From positions 64,001 through 128,000 of IMG/VR virus record IMGVR_UViG_3300028888_000047: 64,000 bases of DNA; one strand, written 5' to 3'. Positions 19,515-29,139 of the stretch are shown in pieces; position 1 is the stretch's first letter; each line of letters opens with the position of its first letter. The position numbers were made by a program, and so were the translations under genes. Under the pieces are notes generated by a model that saw nothing but the letters and a program-made list of their open reading frames with translations, searched no databases and had not been told where the DNA came from. The DNA is from a virus. Taxonomy: Duplodnaviria; Caudoviricetes.

Positions 19515-19844
19515 TTATTTTTTTAATTTTTCAACAATATCTGTTAATACCTTGTCACTAAGTTCGTTAACCCACAGGATGACTCTTGTTGGTGTTTCCT
19601 CACCAAATTCAATACGGACATCAGCATCAGATGCATCAGAAAAGTCTTCCTTTGTACATGTGATTGCTGCATTATCAACATATGAACCACATGAATTAAT
19701 GCCAATCTTTAGCTTCTTTATGTACACTCTATTAATGAGTCCATCACGTGTGCAATCAGAACTAATTGCATCTGCCTTGTTGTAGCATTCTCCTTTTGCA
19801 AGGATAGCGTCAAAAATAAACCTAATAAGTTCGTATCTTTTCAT
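19515..19844 (-). CDS. hypothetical protein
   Basis: 109 aa, first gene after promoter. Confidence 0.65.
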   Translation of the reverse strand: MKRYELIRFIFDAILAKGECYNKADAISSDCTRDGLINRVYIKKLKIGINSCGSYVDNAAITCTKEDFSDASDADVRIEFGEETPTRVILWVNELSDKVLTDIVEKLKK

Positions 19845-19864
19845 TGCTGTTTTTTTTAACGTTG

Positions 19865-19919
19865 CAAAGATAATAAATAAATTTCAATCTTGCAAATATT
19901 TTATGTTAAATAATGTTAA
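19865..19919 (-). promoter_or_regulatory. repeated early promoter cassette
   Basis: TATCTTTG; GTTAA +40/+50. Confidence 0.8.
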
Positions 19920-20335
19920 CTTTCAATTACAAAATCTCCATCTTCAATTTCAGGCTGAAAGGCAATAAAAAATACTTTCCATGCATCACTTATAGGTTTA
20001 AAGTGTACTTCCCAATACCTGTTACTATTTTTAACATCCCCATCAGGTCTATACCTATCTCCCAAAGTGCCTCTCATGTGAAGAATGCATCCAAAATCAT
20101 AATAAACGCCACCCCTGAAAGCATATAGCCTTTTTACTTCTTTAAAAAAATCTTCTTTTGTTCTTTTAACTGGGAAAATATGTGTCATTACATGAAAAAA
20201 TGACCCATTTTCTTTCAAAAATCGTTTAAATAGAAGAAAGCATTTTTCCAAATATTTGTCAGTTGGAATTATTATTACTTTCGGATTTTTAAAATTTGCT
20301 TTAACTTCTTTGGCTGTTAATAAGGTAATTAACAT
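19916..20335 (-). CDS. RFLKE-family protein
   Basis: FKRFLKENGSF. Confidence 0.65.
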   Translation of the reverse strand: MLITLLTAKEVKANFKNPKVIIIPTDKYLEKCFLLFKRFLKENGSFFHVMTHIFPVKRTKEDFFKEVKRLYAFRGGVYYDFGCILHMRGTLGDRYRPDGDVKNSNRYWEVHFKPISDAWKVFFIAFQPEIEDGDFVIES

Positions 20336-21396
20336 CTTTTATCTAATTTTCTATCAAGTTCTTTTATGTAGTGATATGTCATTCTAATCAAACTATCAAC
20401 ATCACGCATATCACAAATTTCCACCGGTGTGTGCATATTACGTTCCGGAATTGATAACAAAAGAGTTTTGCAATTTGATGAAGCAAGTCTAATTTTATTT
20501 GTGTTAGTCATTCCTGCTCCTACTGAAAATTCCTGATAAGGAATGCCGCATTCTTTACAAACGTTTGCAATGTCATCACACATTTCAACATCTTTATCAG
20601 GACCGTGTGCAATACATCCGCCATATCCAAGTTTTACGTCTCCCCATTCCTTTGGGCTTACGCAATCATCATCAGTTGCAAATGTAACATCATAATCAAT
20701 TGAATATGCAGGGTTGATGTTTCTTGCAGCAAGAGTTGCACCATTTCCGCCAACCTCTTCTTGTGTGCAAGCCACGCCATATACTCTTAGAGAATTAAGG
20801 TTTTTACCTTTTCTTTCATCTTCTCTTAACAGTTTCATCACCTCAGCGGTAACAAACACCCCAATCTTATCATCTATGCCTCCACCGGTAAGACGATAAT
20901 CATTCAAGAAAAATGTTGGGTGGTCAACAATAATTGGATTTCCAATCTGAATTAAGTTCAAAGCTTCTTCTTTATTTGAAGCACCAATATCAATCTTAAG
21001 TTCCTTAACTTTTAATGCCTTATCCTTGCTTTCATCACGCCACTCAATATGAATAGGGGTTTTACCAATAACGCCCTTGATGTTACCTTTCTTTGTTATA
21101 ATAGTAACTACTGAACCTGGTAAGGTTTTTGGGTCAATCCCTCCATCCGTAATGAAATAAATAAACCCCTTATCATCTACATATTGAACTTGCAAACCAA
21201 TTTGGTCAATATGACCTGATAACATGAAGTCAGTTTTTCCGTAACCTATTGCATATACACAGTTGCCAATTTCATCACGAAATTCAAAATCCAAACCAGC
21301 ATGATTCATTTCTCTTGAAAAAATATCAGTTGCTGCTGTTTCATATCCACTAGGACTATTGGCGTTCAAAAGTTGTGTTAAAAAAATCTTATTCAT
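20329..21396 (-). CDS. M42 family aminopeptidase
   Basis: SPSGYE, GHIDQIG, GGID, DDKIG, QEEVG, DVTFATD, MHTPVE. Confidence 0.9.
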   Translation of the reverse strand: MNKIFLTQLLNANSPSGYETAATDIFSREMNHAGLDFEFRDEIGNCVYAIGYGKTDFMLSGHIDQIGLQVQYVDDKGFIYFITDGGIDPKTLPGSVVTIITKKGNIKGVIGKTPIHIEWRDESKDKALKVKELKIDIGASNKEEALNLIQIGNPIIVDHPTFFLNDYRLTGGGIDDKIGVFVTAEVMKLLREDERKGKNLNSLRVYGVACTQEEVGGNGATLAARNINPAYSIDYDVTFATDDDCVSPKEWGDVKLGYGGCIAHGPDKDVEMCDDIANVCKECGIPYQEFSVGAGMTNTNKIRLASSNCKTLLLSIPERNMHTPVEICDMRDVDSLIRMTYHYIKELDRKLDKRC

Positions 21397-21424
21397 TTGT
21401 TATTTTATATTAAATTCTACTTTA

Positions 21425-21808
21425 TTATGATTTAGATTCATCATACTTATCGTAATATATAGCTAATCTAAGTTTGTTCTGCGCTTCGCTAATTAAGTCG
21501 GAAGCATTCCTGATAATTCTATTAAGGGATGCTATTTTATCGTTCATCCTTAATCTATAATCATCTTTTGCCTCATCAATAGTTGTAAAGGCTCTGATGT
21601 ATGTATTTTCTAAACTATTGAAAGTAAAAGAGGTGTCTCCACTGTAAGGATTCATATATTTACCAGGAAATTCAATTATTTCAAATCCTGCTCCTCTTTG
21701 TACACTACTAACAATTACAGTTTTAATGCGATATAGTTTATTTGGGGCATGCGTTACAATATATATTTCATCTCCAGCTAGCACCCTATTCCAAGTTTTT
21801 TTATTCAT
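21425..21808 (-). CDS. 'GD'-family protein
   Basis: KTWNRVLAGDEIY plus C-terminal coiled coil. Confidence 0.6.
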   Translation of the reverse strand: MNKKTWNRVLAGDEIYIVTHAPNKLYRIKTVIVSSVQRGAGFEIIEFPGKYMNPYSGDTSFTFNSLENTYIRAFTTIDEAKDDYRLRMNDKIASLNRIIRNASDLISEAQNKLRLAIYYDKYDESKS

Positions 21809-21816
21809 GTTATTTT

Positions 21817-22071
21817 TTAATCTTGAATATTAGCTTTGTGTATGTTAAATCCTACTGACATTGGCACATCTTTCCAAGACAGATTTTTAAATTCAGGAAA
21901 ATCAGAATCAAAGATTTCAAAAGACTTATCATTGCTTTTCCACCAGATTTTTTTAATATCATTTTCCCTATGAGGCTTAACATAATGAAACCAAAGAGTT
22001 CCATCTAAGTCTCTTGCAACATAACCTTTCATATTTACAATTGATTTTGCTTTTTTATAAAATCCAGCCAC
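21817..22071 (-). CDS. conserved phage hypothetical protein
   Basis: YVARDLDGTL...KP.R...FPE..L.W.D.P. Confidence 0.6.
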   Translation of the reverse strand: MAGFYKKAKSIVNMKGYVARDLDGTLWFHYVKPHRENDIKKIWWKSNDKSFEIFDSDFPEFKNLSWKDVPMSVGFNIHKANIQD

Positions 22072-22691
22072 ATTTGATGTATTCTTTTGGATTGCTCTTT
22101 AGGTATTGCAAGTTTTCTCCCAGACCTAACTTTTCCAAAAGCTTTAGTATAGTTTTCCTCAGTTGATATATCGTGCATCTTTATGAATTCGAAAATATCT
22201 TCATCACTGAGAACGTTGTCATGTATTTCCCTTCTTTTTACGTTATATTTACCTGATTTAATAAGTTTATTAATATAAGTCCTGACATCTTGTTCCTCTT
22301 GAAGAGTCATTCCTTTCTTTTCAGCATACTCCTTAATATAAGGTTTTAATTTTGTTTTGCTATCAATATCAGCAGGTAAGTTTTCAAGCAATTCTGAAAC
22401 GACTTTTGGCAAGTCTATTTCTATGTACATTGTTCTGTCTTTAAGCAGAACGTCTTTTTCAAACCTTCTGATTAAGTTTTCAGTGTTATGCTCATAAACT
22501 TTCCTGTATGGCTTACTAGTTATATGATAGCCTCCGCAAGCAGGACAGAAGTAAGACCTTAGTTCACCTCCATGTGTATCAATATCTTCTCCGTTCCACT
22601 TTATAAAATTATCAGCTTGTTTCTGTGTCTCAAATAGCATTTTTTGCTTAAAACACTCTGGACACATCACCCTGTTTTTTGTTGGCTTCAT
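22035..22691 (-). CDS. zinc-binding protein
   Basis: CPEC ... YFCPACGGYH. Confidence 0.65.
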   Translation of the reverse strand: MKPTKNRVMCPECFKQKMLFETQKQADNFIKWNGEDIDTHGGELRSYFCPACGGYHITSKPYRKVYEHNTENLIRRFEKDVLLKDRTMYIEIDLPKVVSELLENLPADIDSKTKLKPYIKEYAEKKGMTLQEEQDVRTYINKLIKSGKYNVKRREIHDNVLSDEDIFEFIKMHDISTEENYTKAFGKVRSGRKLAIPKEQSKRIHQMWLDFIKKQNQL

Positions 22692-23086
22692 AGGTTGTAT
22701 AGTCTGTGTCTTTCACTGCGGAATAATGCAGCAAACAGATTTGAAACGTGCGTCATAAGGTCGTGACCGTCTTTGGTTTCGTCCAGACCCATAACAGCCC
22801 ATCTTTCATTATTTTTGTTTCGCCACAATATGCATATTGTTTTTAGGTACGCCCTCTTAAAATCATCACCAGGCAACTTTTCGTAATACTTTGCATACCA
22901 CTTAGAGAACCTATTGAGATAAAGGATTATACCATTTCTAGTGTCTTCATTACACTCTTTTAAAATCTTTTCCACTGAATTGCAAATAAGCGGTTCTTTC
23001 TTATCACTCATTCTTTTTCTGAAAAAACTGATAGTCTTTTCCACAGTGGCATCGTTATACTTCTTCTTAAATTTTGGACCAGACAT
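22688..23086 (-). CDS. hypothetical protein
   Basis: 132 aa, 4-bp overlap. Confidence 0.6.
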   Translation of the reverse strand: MSGPKFKKKYNDATVEKTISFFRKRMSDKKEPLICNSVEKILKECNEDTRNGIILYLNRFSKWYAKYYEKLPGDDFKRAYLKTICILWRNKNNERWAVMGLDETKDGHDLMTHVSNLFAALFRSERHRLYNL

Positions 23087-23096
23087 AATATTTTAA

Positions 23097-23327
23097 TTAG
23101 TTATCGAATAAACCCATTTTATGAACCATAACGTCCACACACTCTTGCGTATCGTGATATATCACGTTTTCAACCTTATAGAAGGTTTCGTTTATTGATA
23201 TTTCACTTCCTATTTGTGGAAAATAATATGGATAGCCTATGCCAAACAAATCATATGTTTTAATAGGCTTGATTTCATCAGTTAGGCATTCTTCTGAATC
23301 GTACAGATATATTTTCTTTGCAATCAT
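23097..23327 (-). CDS. hypothetical protein
   Basis: 76 aa. Confidence 0.55.
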   Translation of the reverse strand: MIAKKIYLYDSEECLTDEIKPIKTYDLFGIGYPYYFPQIGSEISINETFYKVENVIYHDTQECVDVMVHKMGLFDN

Positions 23328-23617
23328 TTCAATTTTTGTTTATATTTTTCCTTATCTTCTGGTGTCAACGTATGACAAGTTCTACCAATATGCCACTTAC
23401 CACACGTCCAACATTTGTATGCAGCAACCTTAGTGATTGTCTTTTCAGATGAATTGATACGATAAGCGGCTTTCAAAGCATCAGCCTCGGTCTCATACTT
23501 TGTCTTTGGCTTATAAACCTTTTCTCCATTTGTCCCATAGTAAGCAAATGTGGTGCAAGCCGTATTTTTTTGCTTAAAACGCCCTGGGCGCATTACCCTA
23601 TTATGTTTTGGTTTCAT
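23324..23617 (-). CDS. zinc-finger protein related to 22035..22691
   Basis: YKCWTCGKWHIG; shared MKP..NRVM.P..FKQK start. Confidence 0.65.
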   Translation of the reverse strand: MKPKHNRVMRPGRFKQKNTACTTFAYYGTNGEKVYKPKTKYETEADALKAAYRINSSEKTITKVAAYKCWTCGKWHIGRTCHTLTPEDKEKYKQKLK

Positions 23618-23620
23618 AAT

Positions 23621-24019
23621 TTACTTAATTATGTAATTTCCCCTAACTAGCTCTTCTTGATGCATACGCCATTTACTGACTCTTTCGGATAATTTACTAA
23701 TCTGTTTCTCGGTATTAGATACTATTTCAGTAGCAAGCCGATTGCAAGCAATTTTAGCGTCTTCTATGTTGGTACATAGATATGTGTTAGGTGTATATAC
23801 CGCTAAATGAATTGACGTGTCAAATAATATTTTGGGAAATATATTTTGATAATACTCAGAATCTTTGCATTTGAACTTTATTTTAATAGTGCCTTTATCA
23901 ATATTAAATGTAACAGTTTTTACTGTTTTTTTAATAATTCTTGTTTTATAATTGTAGATACAAACTTTGTAAATTGTATCTCCAGGTCTTACTTGACCAA
24001 ATGTCTTTTTATTATTCAT
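23621..24019 (-). CDS. 'GD'-family protein
   Basis: KTFGQVRPGDTIY plus coiled coil. Confidence 0.65.
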   Translation of the reverse strand: MNNKKTFGQVRPGDTIYKVCIYNYKTRIIKKTVKTVTFNIDKGTIKIKFKCKDSEYYQNIFPKILFDTSIHLAVYTPNTYLCTNIEDAKIACNRLATEIVSNTEKQISKLSERVSKWRMHQEELVRGNYIIK

Positions 24020-24307
24020 ATTCTAAAATGTTGTAAAATTATAAAAATGTTTTAGCCAAGGAAATAAACCTATAATAACTGCAATTGACACCAATATAAA
24101 GATTGCCCATGAAGCAAATTCTTCAAATTCCGTTATTTCCTCCGGTTTTGTACCAAATATTGTGAATCTTTCTTTTTTCATTTTGCTTTTGTTTTTGAAA
24201 CTTCAAACTTCTTAAGATATTTACTATAATCTCTTTTTATTTCTTTCATATTCCTTCTTTCAGGAACAATATAAAGAGGGTGATAAAATGGGTATATTTC
24301 GTTCATT

Positions 24308-24730
24308 TTATTTAATAGTGTAATATCCTAGTTTTTGTGTAGTAATCTGATTCTCCCATTTAGTTTTAATAGACTTCAGATGTTTTATTTCGTTCTTAAT
24401 TTCGTATAAACGTCTTTCTGCTATTTCATCACATTTTCTTTCAGCACCACCTAAAGTAGTGTAATAACATACGTTCCTATACATACGCAAAACCGAATAC
24501 TCTGCTGGCGCGTGAAATGTATGTATTCCATCTTTCTCATAATAATCATAATTAACTGTTATTACAGAAACATTTATTGGATATGGAACAGTTCCTCTAT
24601 TTTCTAATTTTACGTTTAAAACGTTCATTTTTATTATTTGAGGTGTTGTTTTGTAAAGATTTACCAAGTATATGGTGTCACCAGCTTTTACTTCTTTCCA
24701 TTTTTTTTCTATGTTATTCATACCACGCAT
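24308..24730 (-). CDS. 'GD'-family protein
   Basis: KKWKEVKAGDTIY plus coiled coil. Confidence 0.65.
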   Translation of the reverse strand: MRGMNNIEKKWKEVKAGDTIYLVNLYKTTPQIIKMNVLNVKLENRGTVPYPINVSVITVNYDYYEKDGIHTFHAPAEYSVLRMYRNVCYYTTLGGAERKCDEIAERRLYEIKNEIKHLKSIKTKWENQITTQKLGYYTIK

Positions 24731-24797
24731 TTATTTATTCATTTTTTCAATATCATTCATAATTTTTGGTAATAATATAGCAGTTGACCTTTAACAT

Positions 24798-25013
24798 TTA
24801 ATCAAAAACTTCATTCTCCAACTTAGTACATAACTCGTTGATTTTGTCTTTCGCATTAAGAATGTACTTTTTGCTTTTAACATCGTTGTACTCAAGCATA
24901 CAAGTACAATCGGATATTTTTCTTGCTTCTCTTGCCACTTGACTAATTTCTGTCAGAATGGCATGTATTTTCGTTTTTCTCATATTTCGTGTCAATTTCG
25001 ATGTTATTACCAA
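24798..25013 (-). CDS. hypothetical protein
   Basis: 71 aa. Confidence 0.45.
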   Translation of the reverse strand: MVITSKLTRNMRKTKIHAILTEISQVAREARKISDCTCMLEYNDVKSKKYILNAKDKINELCTKLENEVFD

Positions 25014-25037
25014 AAATAGAGGGGATTAACCCCCTCC
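25013..25037 (-). terminator. intrinsic terminator
   Basis: GAGGGG-TTAAT-CCCCTC then ATTTTT on minus strand. Confidence 0.7.
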
Positions 25038-25580
25038 TTAAAAGTTGTAGTCGTGGAACTCGCGGGGCTGTGCCTCGATGGTGAAACGACGCTTGCCCAA
25101 TCCGTACCATTTCCCGTCCTTGTGCTTGCGGATGGTTTCGAGAGGCATTGTCTCGTCAGGCTCGCATATCCATTCCTGAAGGTCGTTGTCCGTGTGGCCT
25201 AAAAATCCGCAGGGTACAAAACTCTTTCGGAGTGCTACCATTGCTTCTGGCTTGATAGTGGCCTTCATCTGGCGAACGATGATTGTGGTGTCGCTCTTCT
25301 CCTCGATAATCTCGTAGGCGTGCTTGTCGGTGTAAAGATGCTCGGTGGCATACTTCTTTTCCTGTGCCATAATCTCGTGGAACTTCAGGATAGGCTTCAG
25401 GGCCTTAACCTCGGTGTCGTAATGATTCCAAAGCTGCCAGAACTCTTCTTGCTTCGGGTCGCTCATCTTCATGGCTTCTACCCATGCTCTCTCGTAGCCG
25501 TCGCGCTTGCAAATCAGTTCACCAACCTGAGCCTTCATGCTCTTTACTACCTCGCTGTGGTTTGTCTTCTTTGTCTTCAT
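25038..25580 (-). CDS. GC-rich hypothetical protein (likely recent acquisition)
   Basis: 180 aa; 33/60 GC in 25081-25140 vs 16/60 in 24301-24360. Confidence 0.8.
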   Translation of the reverse strand: MKTKKTNHSEVVKSMKAQVGELICKRDGYERAWVEAMKMSDPKQEEFWQLWNHYDTEVKALKPILKFHEIMAQEKKYATEHLYTDKHAYEIIEEKSDTTIIVRQMKATIKPEAMVALRKSFVPCGFLGHTDNDLQEWICEPDETMPLETIRKHKDGKWYGLGKRRFTIEAQPREFHDYNF

Positions 25581-25658
25581 AACTTGTGACCATCTTTAAC
25601 CTGTTGTCCTGCCAGGGGGTTATGTTAAACTTAAATTTCTTGATGCAAAGATACAACA

Positions 25659-26189
25659 TTATTTTGAATTGTGCAAGTATTTAGGCGTTTTTCTTCGTTT
25701 TTGCCTAATTTTTTGGCGTTCTTTCAATGCGTTCTTTATCATTTCAGCGCTTTTACGCAAAGTTTCAATAGATATTATTGGTTTATACATCCAATAAGGA
25801 GCTTCTATTGCCAAACCTTTTTCAATTAGTCCACGATAGTCAAAATGATGTTTATTAAGCCAATCTGTTGTCAGACTAAAATCTATTTTGAATTTTTTAT
25901 CAATGCAGACTTTAATATAAGTATATAAGGAGTCATATTCTTCCTTTTCTACCTCAGTCATACTTGACATTGGACGAAGATATGGTATGATATTAACGAT
26001 ATGGTCTTGTACAAAGACATTTCCTTCGGGTAAACATCTTAATTTACATAAACCACTTATAACATCTACCCCCTCAAGTAGTGCGTCTTCTTCTCCTATA
26101 TAATCCTTTTCGCCTCTATATATTATAATTTTATAAGTCAATCTTGCGCTTAAATCCTTCAAAAGGAGTTCTTTGTCTTCCTGTGTCAT
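25659..26189 (-). CDS. conserved phage protein (paralog of 48768..49214)
   Basis: MTQEDKELLLKDLSARL...PYLRPMSSMTE...DWLN.HHFDYRGLIEKGLA.EAP. Confidence 0.75.
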   Translation of the reverse strand: MTQEDKELLLKDLSARLTYKIIIYRGEKDYIGEEDALLEGVDVISGLCKLRCLPEGNVFVQDHIVNIIPYLRPMSSMTEVEKEEYDSLYTYIKVCIDKKFKIDFSLTTDWLNKHHFDYRGLIEKGLAIEAPYWMYKPIISIETLRKSAEMIKNALKERQKIRQKRRKTPKYLHNSK

Positions 26190-26214
26190 ATTAATATTAT
26201 TTTTACTTTGTGTT

Positions 26215-26268
26215 GAAAGATACAAAAAAAACACGAAATACACAAATATTTCGTGTTAAAAAATGTTA
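26215..26268 (-). promoter_or_regulatory. promoter cassette with embedded terminator hairpin
   Basis: AACACGAAATA/TATTTCGTGTT; GTTA +40/+50. Confidence 0.75.
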
Positions 26269-26276
26269 TTTATTTG

Positions 26277-27086
26277 CTAACAATTGTTAACTTGTTCCAA
26301 AAAGTCTTTAATCATATTTATTTCGTTTAATTCATTTTTTATAACTTCTGTCTTCCTTTTAATCCACTCACCAAATTTATCTGTGAAACTTTTTATCAAC
26401 CCTTTTTTGGTTAATGAAAATGCTATTGCCCCTCCAATATGGCAAGAAACGTCAATAAAATCTCTTGAATACGGATTAAGATAGAAAGTTCTATCTCCGT
26501 TGGCTACTGTTATGTATATGCTGTTACTTGTTTTTGCGTTTTTGTCATTTACACTTGTTACATATGTTTTGCCAAGGAATTTGAAATGACGATTGCTACG
26601 GTCAGTATCTGAATATATACCAACCCAAACCTCATCACCTTCTTTTAAATGCATAAACCTCTTTGGATAAACATATTTTTCTCCAAGAATGTATTTGCAA
26701 CAAACAACTTCTCCATATTCAAGTTCCTCATATGTTGCTCCCTTTGGAATTGTGCAGTTATATAATGTTATACCATTTTTATTAATAGGTCTTTCATTAC
26801 CTGCGTTTTTTCCAAACAATGTATAACTTGTTGCATTACTTAGATATTCAGCCAATTTACCATGCTTTGCACTATCAATTTGAAGTTTTTTTTCGGGTTC
26901 ATATGCGTCATAAAGAAGTTTTACTTTATCCTTAATGTACAGCGCATTGTACTTCTTTTCATAATACGGAGGCCCTGACAAATACATATGGAATTGTACA
27001 CTGTTTTCAGCGGGTATCAATTTACCATTATCATCAGTTGTCATTACAACAAGAGCCTTGATATTTTTCTTTGCTATTTTTTCCAT
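26277..27086 (-). CDS. two-domain protein: 3305-like N-domain plus 'GD'-family C-domain
   Basis: CTIPKGATY..., then FMHLKEGDEVW plus coiled coil. Confidence 0.6.
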   Translation of the reverse strand: MEKIAKKNIKALVVMTTDDNGKLIPAENSVQFHMYLSGPPYYEKKYNALYIKDKVKLLYDAYEPEKKLQIDSAKHGKLAEYLSNATSYTLFGKNAGNERPINKNGITLYNCTIPKGATYEELEYGEVVCCKYILGEKYVYPKRFMHLKEGDEVWVGIYSDTDRSNRHFKFLGKTYVTSVNDKNAKTSNSIYITVANGDRTFYLNPYSRDFIDVSCHIGGAIAFSLTKKGLIKSFTDKFGEWIKRKTEVIKNELNEINMIKDFLEQVNNC

Positions 27087-27230
27087 TGCCCTATTTTATT
27101 TCTTCAACTTTAAACTTAACAAACTGTGAAATATCTTTCATTTTTTCGTTCATATAACCACAAACCTCATCTGCTTCATCCTTGTTGTCAGATGTTGCAA
27201 AAGTGCTAATCTTTGAGCACTTATAGTACT

Positions 27231-27968
27231 TTACAATTGCGTATTTTGCCATTTGTTATATGGTGTAATTTTTTTCATTTCATTTCTTAGCTTTTCTTCC
27301 TGAGCTTCAAGTTTATCAATTTGTTTTTCTCTTTTCTCATATGTTGTTAACGCCAATTCTCTCATAAGTTTTTTTCTATGCGTTGTTGGCATCAGCTCTC
27401 TACTTCTAAGCCTCATTTCAAGTTGGTCTTGAGCATATTCTGCATATTTCAGAGAATTGCTTACCTTATCATGTTTTTCTTTAACGTTAAGAAGTTTATC
27501 GAGTTCTTTTGCCCTTTCTATTGCTTCATTAACGTCATCATACAATTCATAGTTTTCTATATATCCATCAAGAATGCCAGTATCATTGCATAATCCAAAA
27601 TATGGTTTGAAATCTCTTGCTATATACCATTTTTCCTTTGGAACATCATGCGGTTCATAGTCTCGTAGTTCTCCAAACATATAGCAAAATAATCTATTAT
27701 GCAAAACCACTTTATCGCCGCAAAGCCATTTATGGGCTGATAAATAGCAAGGAATAACATAATACCCTTTTTTATACCATTTGCTTTCCTTTGACATAAA
27801 ACCACAGTCACGAACAGAATAATGGTCATTCTTTAATTCTAAAACACAATAATATGTCTTAAAATATTGTGGCTTTAAAAATGCCTTACTTTCTTCCCTT
27901 GTTGGCATTTTGTGGTCAATCTTTTGAAAGCCGGCCAAATCATATACATTATTATATGTTAATCTCAT
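27231..27968 (-). CDS. hypothetical protein
   Basis: 245 aa, first gene after promoter. Confidence 0.65.
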   Translation of the reverse strand: MRLTYNNVYDLAGFQKIDHKMPTREESKAFLKPQYFKTYYCVLELKNDHYSVRDCGFMSKESKWYKKGYYVIPCYLSAHKWLCGDKVVLHNRLFCYMFGELRDYEPHDVPKEKWYIARDFKPYFGLCNDTGILDGYIENYELYDDVNEAIERAKELDKLLNVKEKHDKVSNSLKYAEYAQDQLEMRLRSRELMPTTHRKKLMRELALTTYEKREKQIDKLEAQEEKLRNEMKKITPYNKWQNTQL

Positions 27969-27986
27969 ACAATTATTATTTTACCA

Positions 27987-28041
27987 CAAAGATAATCATT
28001 TTATTTTTTATCGCCAAATATTTTATGTTAATCTTTGTTAA
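27987..28041 (-). promoter_or_regulatory. repeated early promoter cassette
   Basis: TATCTTTG; GTTAA +40/+50. Confidence 0.75.
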
Positions 28042-28070
28042 ATCAGCATTTTTTCTATATTTTATAAAAA

Positions 28071-28811
28071 ATGTTAGAAAGAAATAAAATATACTGCATG
28101 GAGGTGATGGAAGGTTTAAAATTATTAGATGATGAATCTGTTGACCTTATAATTACGTCACCCCCTTACAACAAGTGTGGATACCTTAATTACAGTACAA
28201 AAGGAAAGAGGAAGGGTGATATATGGAATAAGGCCATTATGTATGGTGGTAATGCTGACCTTGATAACATGCCCGAGGAAGAGTATGAGAAATGGCAGAT
28301 TGATTTCTTAAATGAGTGTTTCCGTGTATTAAAAAAGGACGGTTCAATGTTTTATAATCACAAGGTAAGGGTAAAGAAGAATAAGATTTCTTTCCCTCTT
28401 GAATGGATTGATAAATCAAAGTTCATTACCCGTCAGATTATTGTATGGGATAGAAGCAGTTCAATGAACATGGACAAATGCAGGTATATTCCATCTACTG
28501 AATATATCTTTTGGTTAATTAAGGAAAGAAAGAACCCAAGGTTTAAAAGGGATAATAACGCTCAGTTTATATCAGAAGTATGGAAGTTTGCTCCTGATAA
28601 AAATAATGACCATCCGGCGCCATTTCCAATAACATTGCCAGATAATATTATTCCAAGTGTTGCACAAGGGGAAAGAATATTGGTCCTTGACCCATTTGCT
28701 GGTTCAGGAACCGTGGCAGTTTCTGCCAAAAAGCACGGGTGTGATTATATTGGTTTTGATGTTGTGCAAGAGTATGTTGATAAAGCAAATGAAAGAATAG
28801 AAAAATCCTAG
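28071..28811 (+). CDS. beta-class amino DNA methyltransferase (N4C/N6A)
   Basis: IITSPPY motif IV before HPAPFP and VLDPFAGSGT motif I. Confidence 0.92.
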   Translation: MLERNKIYCMEVMEGLKLLDDESVDLIITSPPYNKCGYLNYSTKGKRKGDIWNKAIMYGGNADLDNMPEEEYEKWQIDFLNECFRVLKKDGSMFYNHKVRVKKNKISFPLEWIDKSKFITRQIIVWDRSSSMNMDKCRYIPSTEYIFWLIKERKNPRFKRDNNAQFISEVWKFAPDKNNDHPAPFPITLPDNIIPSVAQGERILVLDPFAGSGTVAVSAKKHGCDYIGFDVVQEYVDKANERIEKS

Positions 28812-28832
28812 GCATTGGTTTACCTAGGATTT
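28803..28832. terminator. hairpin between convergent genes
   Basis: AAATCCTAGG...CCTAGGATTT. Confidence 0.55.
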
Positions 28833-29139
28833 ATACATATGTGGTTTTGGCTATTATTTTTTTAACGTCATTGAAATAAGAATAATTTTTAATATCTTCT
28901 ATCATTTTATTAAAATCTTCGTATACTTTATATGGATATTCTATCCCCAAATTGGAATAATAGAATATTTTAATTCCATGCTTTAAACACAATTCATTCT
29001 TTTTTTTATCTCTTTCGATTCTATATTCAAACTCATCTTCTTTATCAAAAAAATCAACCGGTTTAAAGTGTTGTAATCCCTGACATTCTATAGCAACATT
29101 ATATTGCGGTAGAAAAAAATCTAAATAATATATAGTTAC
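28831..29139 (-). pseudogene. start-less PD-(D/E)XK (Vsr/DUF559-like) nuclease domain in the -1 frame of the upstream HNH gene
   Basis: Manual translation VTIYYLDFFLPQYNVAIECQGLQHFKPVDFF...KNELCLKHGIKIFYYS, 102 open codons; matches C-terminus of 32827..33963. Confidence 0.75.
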
